Assembly: GCA_028534125.1 (NCBI GenBank)
Contig: CM052817.1
Location: 39,806,001-39,870,000, forward strand
Direction of reading: 5' to 3'
Length of the DNA: 64,000 nucleotides
Source: Lama glama
Lineage: Eukaryota
Part shown: piece by piece, positions 59,601 to 64,000 of the stretch
How positions within the stretch are numbered: the first letter of the stretch is position 1
Layout: every line of letters begins with the position of its first letter
Translations under genes and position numbers: made by a program
The notes under the pieces: generated by a model
Database searches by the model: none
The model's input: only the letters and a program-made list of their open reading frames with translations
What the model was told of the DNA's origin: nothing

Positions 59601-59710
59601 TGTAGGTATTGGAGCTAATAAGCAGACCATTGGAAAACTGTTACAGCCAACTTGTTCAAGAATTCACCAAGGGAATCCAAACTTTGTTCCTCTCTTTGAT
59701 TGGTTTGAAG
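41424..59710 (+). CDS. HELQ: Helicase POLQ-like (HEL308), 3'-partial: coding exons 1-11, 729 codons; gene continues beyond window
   Basis: Join 41424-41609,42413-43130,46434-46612,47315-47515,47950-48022,51051-51148,52287-52385,53645-53790,56700-56939,59091-59232,59606-59710 = 2187 nt in frame. SF2 motifs: LPTSGGKT (I), DELH (II), MSAT (III), [12 protein letters not shown] (V), QMIGRAGR (VI). Confidence 0.96.
42413..43130 (+). CDS. HELQ: HELQ exon 2 (718 nt, N-terminal region)
   Basis: tttccag|[18 protein letters not shown]...[25 protein letters not shown]|gtaatg. Confidence 0.95.
44543..44733. mobile_element. MER5A hAT-Charlie MITE
   Basis: TIR cagtgcttctcaaa ... ttgagaaccact; cagcatcagcatcacct core. 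Confidence 0.85.
46434..46612 (+). CDS. HELQ: HELQ exon 3 (Walker A)
   Basis: cacag|AATGG; (E)WQHTCL...[14 protein letters not shown]...VQEK; AAG|gtgcgg. Confidence 0.96.
47129..47262 (-). mobile_element. tRNA-derived SINE (Vic-1-like) ~50 nt upstream of HELQ exon 4
   Basis: attgaaccccggaccttgtgcgtgcaaagcatgcactttaccacctgagctatatcctcccc. Confidence 0.87.
47315..47515 (+). CDS. HELQ: HELQ exon 4
   Basis: tttag|[26 protein letters not shown]...LVVVDE; GAG|gttggt. Confidence 0.95.
47950..48022 (+). CDS. HELQ: HELQ exon 5
   Basis: caaag|[28 protein letters not shown]|gtaagt. Confidence 0.94.
48225..48410. mobile_element. MIR relic (similar relics near 23810, 42190, 50165, 60775)
   Basis: ctccacttactagct...ctctctgtttcttcatctgtaaagtgg MIR core. 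Confidence 0.65.
48622..49732 (-). mobile_element. Young 5'-truncated L1 in HELQ intron 5
   Basis: 224-aa ORF2 C-terminal frame (48938-49612) with [16 protein letters not shown] knuckle; perfect 13-bp TSD ttaaaggtcaaat (48609, 49733). Confidence 0.95.
50700..50912. mobile_element. Tigger2-family (TcMar) MITE
   Basis: TIRs cagttgacccttgaacaac / gttgttcaagggtcacctg (1 mismatch), flanked by TA on both sides. Confidence 0.9.
51051..51148 (+). CDS. HELQ: HELQ exon 6
   Basis: ttttag|AA; (K)[35 protein letters not shown]|gtatgt. Confidence 0.95.
52287..52385 (+). CDS. HELQ: HELQ exon 7
   Basis: ttcaag|[39 protein letters not shown]|gtaacc. Confidence 0.93.
53645..53790 (+). CDS. HELQ: HELQ exon 8
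   Basis: tacag|[53 protein letters not shown]|gtatgt. Confidence 0.95.
55128..55320 (-). mobile_element. Short L1 3' end
   Basis: TSD aagaatgcctttt / aagaatgtctttt; sister copy of 28570-28779. Confidence 0.85.
56700..56939 (+). CDS. HELQ: HELQ exon 9
   Basis: cctag|[10 protein letters not shown]...[15 protein letters not shown]...[15 protein letters not shown]|gtaaga. Confidence 0.95.
59091..59232 (+). CDS. HELQ: HELQ exon 10 (motif VI)
   Basis: catag|[51 protein letters not shown]|gtagta. Confidence 0.95.
59606..59710 (+). CDS. HELQ: HELQ exon 11
   Basis: tgtag|[41 protein letters not shown]|gtattt. Confidence 0.94.
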
Positions 59711-61194
59711 GTATTTAAAATATTTTTATATCTTATAAAGTGATATCTGAGATAATGGAGGTTTAAAAGTTTTAAAAACTGTGAAGTGTGAAAAAAATGT
59801 TTAATTCTAATCTAATGTGGAAAAGAACAATCTGACATGGTAAATCTGAATCTAGATTTACATGTGCATTTTTAATCTTTTGAATTGTAAGGAATATGAA
59901 AAACCAACAAATCGTAATTTGGTGTCCATTACAAGTAAGAGACTTTGGTGGGTACTGTGGGGGATACAAGGAGCTGTAAAGACATGGGTCCTGATGGGGG
60001 TAATCTAGCATCTCTGCCTTTGGTAAGAATAAGGTTCACTATAATCCTGTGACCATAAATGTGTGTGAGATCAGTATATACTTTATCAGGCAGAAAATTA
60101 AAAAAAAAAAAGTTAGTGGGACACAACGAGAAAATAGTCTTTTTCCTAAAATCAGAAATTAGCTCTCTTTATCAGAGTTACTCTTGAGTTAAACCTCTTT
60201 ATTAGGGATATTCTTAAGTAAATTTTAATTTTGTGCCCAAGGTCACTCTGCCTCAAAATAGCAAAACCAGAGTTTGAATTCAGCTTTATCTAACTACAAA
60301 ACCAGCACTCTTAATCTATCGTACAGGCCACCTTCATTAACCTAAACAGTTTAAATGAAAATCTGAAAGGTTATTGATAAATAAAAAACACCATGAGACA
60401 AGTTTTGATTACCTTGCTGGTGAATGGTATATTACAATATCCCCTGGCAATTTATAAAAGTGAAAGGCTACAAGAAAGAAAAGTAATTAGTGCTATGTAT
60501 TGAAGGAGATAGAGGTTTTAGATAAGCAGAGGGAAGGAATAGCCATTACTTAGAGTGAAAGGTGAGAAACCTTAAGATGATGCGGGGTGACAGTCAGTAG
60601 GCTTGAATATTGAGGAAGGCTGAAGATACTGAGGAGTAGAAAGTTGAGTGGGAAAAGTTGGGCCAGACTGTGTGCTGTAGATGGGGGAAGGTGGAGAGCA
60701 TGTTTAAACACTGGACCAAAGGGTTGTGACCCAATCACTTATCAGTGGAGAAATAGTGAAAGTTTTCTGTGGTTGTTTAGAGCAAGGGCTCTGATATCAC
60801 ACATACCTGTGTCCTGGTCAGAGCTCTGTCTCTTGTTACCCTGCATAAATTACTAACTCTTCCAGTTACCTTATCTGTAAAAAAGGAATACTACTATGCA
60901 GGAGTATTGCAAGGCTAGTTTGGGAGCAGCTGTAGTAAAGCATGTATAATGTAATAAAGACCTACAGTTGGAGGGTTGCCCTGGAATTAATAAAGGAGGG
61001 AAAGAGATCATGAAGATCACTGAGTCTTATTACATTTATATAGTGGATAAGGTAACAAGACTCGGAGAATTAATGATTTAGTTTAAGGTCACTCAAGGAG
61101 TTATGGTTTAGATGGGATTATAATTCAGGTTCCTGCCTTGCTGGCCAGTACTCTTTCCAGTGTGCCATTGTGTATGTAGAACATTCACTAAATG

Positions 61195-62850
61195 CATTTG
61201 AAAATTCACCAAGATAGACCATATTTTGGGTCATAAAACAAGTCTAAATAAATTTGAAGGATTGAAATTATTTAGGGAATGGAATCTAATGACAACAGAA
61301 TTAAAGTATACATCAGTAATAGAAAGGTATCAGGGAAATACCCAAATGTTTGGAAATTAAATAGCATACTTTGACCACGGGTCAAAGTAGAAATCATAAG
61401 GGAAATTAGAAAATATGTAATATAGATAAAAGCAGAAATCAATAACAAAAAATAGACAAACGAGAAAAAAATTAATGAAACCATAAGCTAGTTCTTTGAA
61501 AAGATCAGTAAGATTATTGATTGAATTGATCAGGTGGAAAAGAGAAAACACATAAATTACCAACATGAGGAATGGAAGAAGGGTCATCACTGGAGATCCC
61601 AGAGATATTGAAGGTAGTATGGAATTATCTTTGAATAACTTTATCTTTGAATAACTGTATCTTTGAATACTGAAAAATGAATTCAACAATTTAGATGCAA
61701 TGGGGGAAATTCTTAAAAGACAATTCTCAAAATCAACTGAAGAAGTATAAAATCTAAATAGTTCTATATCTATTAAAGAAATTGAATTTATAATTGAAAA
61801 CTTCTCCACAAAGAAAATTCCAGGCCCAGCTGACTTCACTGGTGAATTCTAACAAACTTTTAAAGAAGAAATAACACCAATCATACACATATTCTTCCTG
61901 AAAGTAGAGGAAGAGGGAACAATGCTCATTTCATCTTATAAGACCAGCATTACTCTGATACCAAAACCAGACAAAGATGTTACAAGAAGAGAAAACTACA
62001 GGCCAATATCTCTTGGAAACATAAAAACCCTTATCAAAGTATTAGTAATCCAGCAATACATTATAAGAGCAATATATCATGGTCAATCAGAATTTATTCC
62101 AGTAATGCAAAGTTGGTTTAATATTCAAAATTCAATCAATATAATTACCCATTTGACAGAACTCAACACTCATTCATGATAAAAACTCAGCAAACTAGGA
62201 GTAAAAAAGGACTTCTTCAACCTGATAAAGGGTACTTACTTAAAAAAAAAATGCAGGTAACATCACACTTAATCTCATCTGATTCCCCTGAGATCAGAAA
62301 AAGAAAAGATGTCTGCTCTCACCCTACTATTCAACATATATCAGAAGTTGTAGCCAACACAGTAAGACAGGACGAAAAATAAAAAACACGAATTGGAAAG
62401 GAAGAAGTAAAACTATCTTATTTGCTGATGGTGTTGAGTTCAAGAAAAATCCAAAGAAATGTACAAAAAAACTAGGGTAGAATTAGTGATGTCATAGGAT
62501 ACAGGATCAGTGTACAAAACTCAATTGTATTTCTACATACTCACTACAAATAATTGGAAAAACAATTCCATTTACAATAGCATCAAAAACCATGAAATAT
62601 TTAGGGATAAATTTAACTAATATGTGTCAGACCTATACATTGAAAACTAAAATACTGCTGAGAGAAATTAAAGAAGACCAAAATAAATGGAGAGAGATAT
62701 CATACTCATGAATTGGAACACTCAGTTTTGTTCAGATATTACTTCATCCCAAATTGATCTATAAATTCAGTTTAATCCCAATCAAAATCTCAACAGGTTG
62801 TTTTGTGTAAGTTGTAAACTGATACTAGAATTTATTTAGAAATGCAAAGT
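61195..62850 (+). mobile_element. Old degenerate L1 ORF2 (end of endonuclease to RT) in HELQ intron 11
   Basis: KIDHILGHK-like start, SITLIPKPDKD, ENYRPISL, QSWFNIQNSIN, LFAD remnants with stops and frameshifts. Confidence 0.9.
61626..61672. repeat. 16-bp tandem repeat x3
   Basis: tatctttgaataactt / tatctttgaataactg / tatctttgaatactg. Confidence 0.85.
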
Positions 62851-63088
62851 AGGGGCAGTGCTCCCTAAGTCTGGGACTCGCCCATCTTACCTCCCCATCT
62901 CCAGTTTCACTCTCACCCACTGCTTTGTCTGGTTAACTCCCACTCAACCCTGAAACTTTCACTTAGCCTCGCTTGCTTAGAAAAGCCTCCCTGTACTGCT
63001 GAGTCCAGTCAGTCTATTGTGTGCTTTAAAAACCACATTCCCTTCCTCTAATGACATCTATCAGTTTGTAATTGTATTTTGGTGGGCC

Positions 63089-63778
63089 TTTTTTTTTAAT
63101 TGAAATATAATTTATTTACAGTGTTGTGTTAGTTTCTGGTGTACCGCATAGTGATTCAGTTATACATATATATTTTTTTCATTATAGGTTTTTTAAGCTA
63201 TTGAATATAGTTCCCTGTGCTATACAGTAGGACCTTGTTACTTATCTCTTCTATATATAGTAGTTTATATCTGCCAATCCTGAACTCCTAGTTTATCCCT
63301 CCCTCCACCCTTTCCCCTTTGGTAATCATAGGTTTGTTTTCTAAGTCTGTGAGTTTCTTTCTGTTTTGTAAGTAAGTTCATTTGTATCATTTTTTTGATT
63401 CCACTAATAAGTGATATCATATGATATTTGTTTTCCTCTGTCTGACTTACTTCACTTAGTATGATGATCTCTAGGTCCATCCATGTTGCTGCAAATGGCA
63501 TTATTTTGTTCTTTTTTATGGCTGAGTGGTATTCCATTGTATTAATATACCACAAATTCTTTATCTAGTCATCTGTCAGTTGGACATTTAGGTTGTTTTC
63601 ATGTCTTAGCTGTTGTAAATAGTGCTGCTATGAACACTGCAGTGCATGTATCATTTCAAATTGGAATTTTCTTCAGATATATGTCCAGAAGCGGAATTAT
63701 TAGATCATATAGTAAGTCTATTTTTTTAGCTTTTTTTAGGAATCTCCATACTATTTTCCATAGTGGCTGCACCAAATG
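63089..63778 (-). mobile_element. 5'-truncated L1 3' end
   Basis: Minus [42 protein letters not shown]-rich tail at 63089. Confidence 0.93.
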
Positions 63779-64000
63779 TAATTTTATTCTTAGTAGTGCA
63801 GTTATTTAGCTAATAACTTTACCCCACCAGAATGTAAGCTCTGTGGCAGCAGGGTCCACAGTTATTTTCATTTATCACTGAATCCCAGTGCCTAACACCG
63901 TGCCTGACATGTGGTTGCCACTCAGTAAATACCTGAATTAATGAATCGATTGATTTTGCAGTTGGTCATGGCTGAACCTGCAGATTGGGGCAACAGTGGA

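Noticed and set aside
61357..61839. 160-aa minus-strand ORF
   Set aside because: Antisense frame of a degenerate L1 ORF2.
63950..64000. Acceptor-like ttttgcag near the window end as HELQ exon 12
   Set aside because: The translation does not resemble the HELQ continuation I expect; exon 12 probably lies beyond the window.

Overview
Mammalian genomic DNA, most likely a camelid (camel/alpaca), judged from the Vic-1-like tRNA-derived SINEs. The gene order matches what I recall for human 4q21. Positions 1-17.9 kb are intergenic and dominated by repeats (LTR/ERV relics, L1, SINEs). ABRAXAS1 (FAM175A) is complete on +: 9 coding exons, 18204-34388, 409 aa, ending in the BRCA1-BRCT-binding SPTF motif. 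MRPS18C is complete on -: 6 exons, 41017-36314, 143 aa, tail-to-tail with ABRAXAS1. HELQ starts head-to-head with MRPS18C at a ~400-bp bidirectional promoter; its first 11 coding exons (41424-59710, 729 codons) are in the window and the gene runs off the right end. I checked all exon boundaries by hand: they are GT-AG and the reading phases are consistent. I found no convincing wholly new biological system. The best leads are: a dead, frameshifted 37-codon extension of HELQ exon 1 that I recall is coding in human; an unexplained repeat-flanked insertion that doubles MRPS18C intron 5; closely opposed poly(A) signals of ABRAXAS1 and MRPS18C; an apparent NLS shift in ABRAXAS1; an in-frame upstream ATG for MRPS18C; a consensus CTCF site at the ABRAXAS1 promoter; and nested ERV/L1 relics. 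Repeat family names and human protein comparisons come from memory and need database confirmation.
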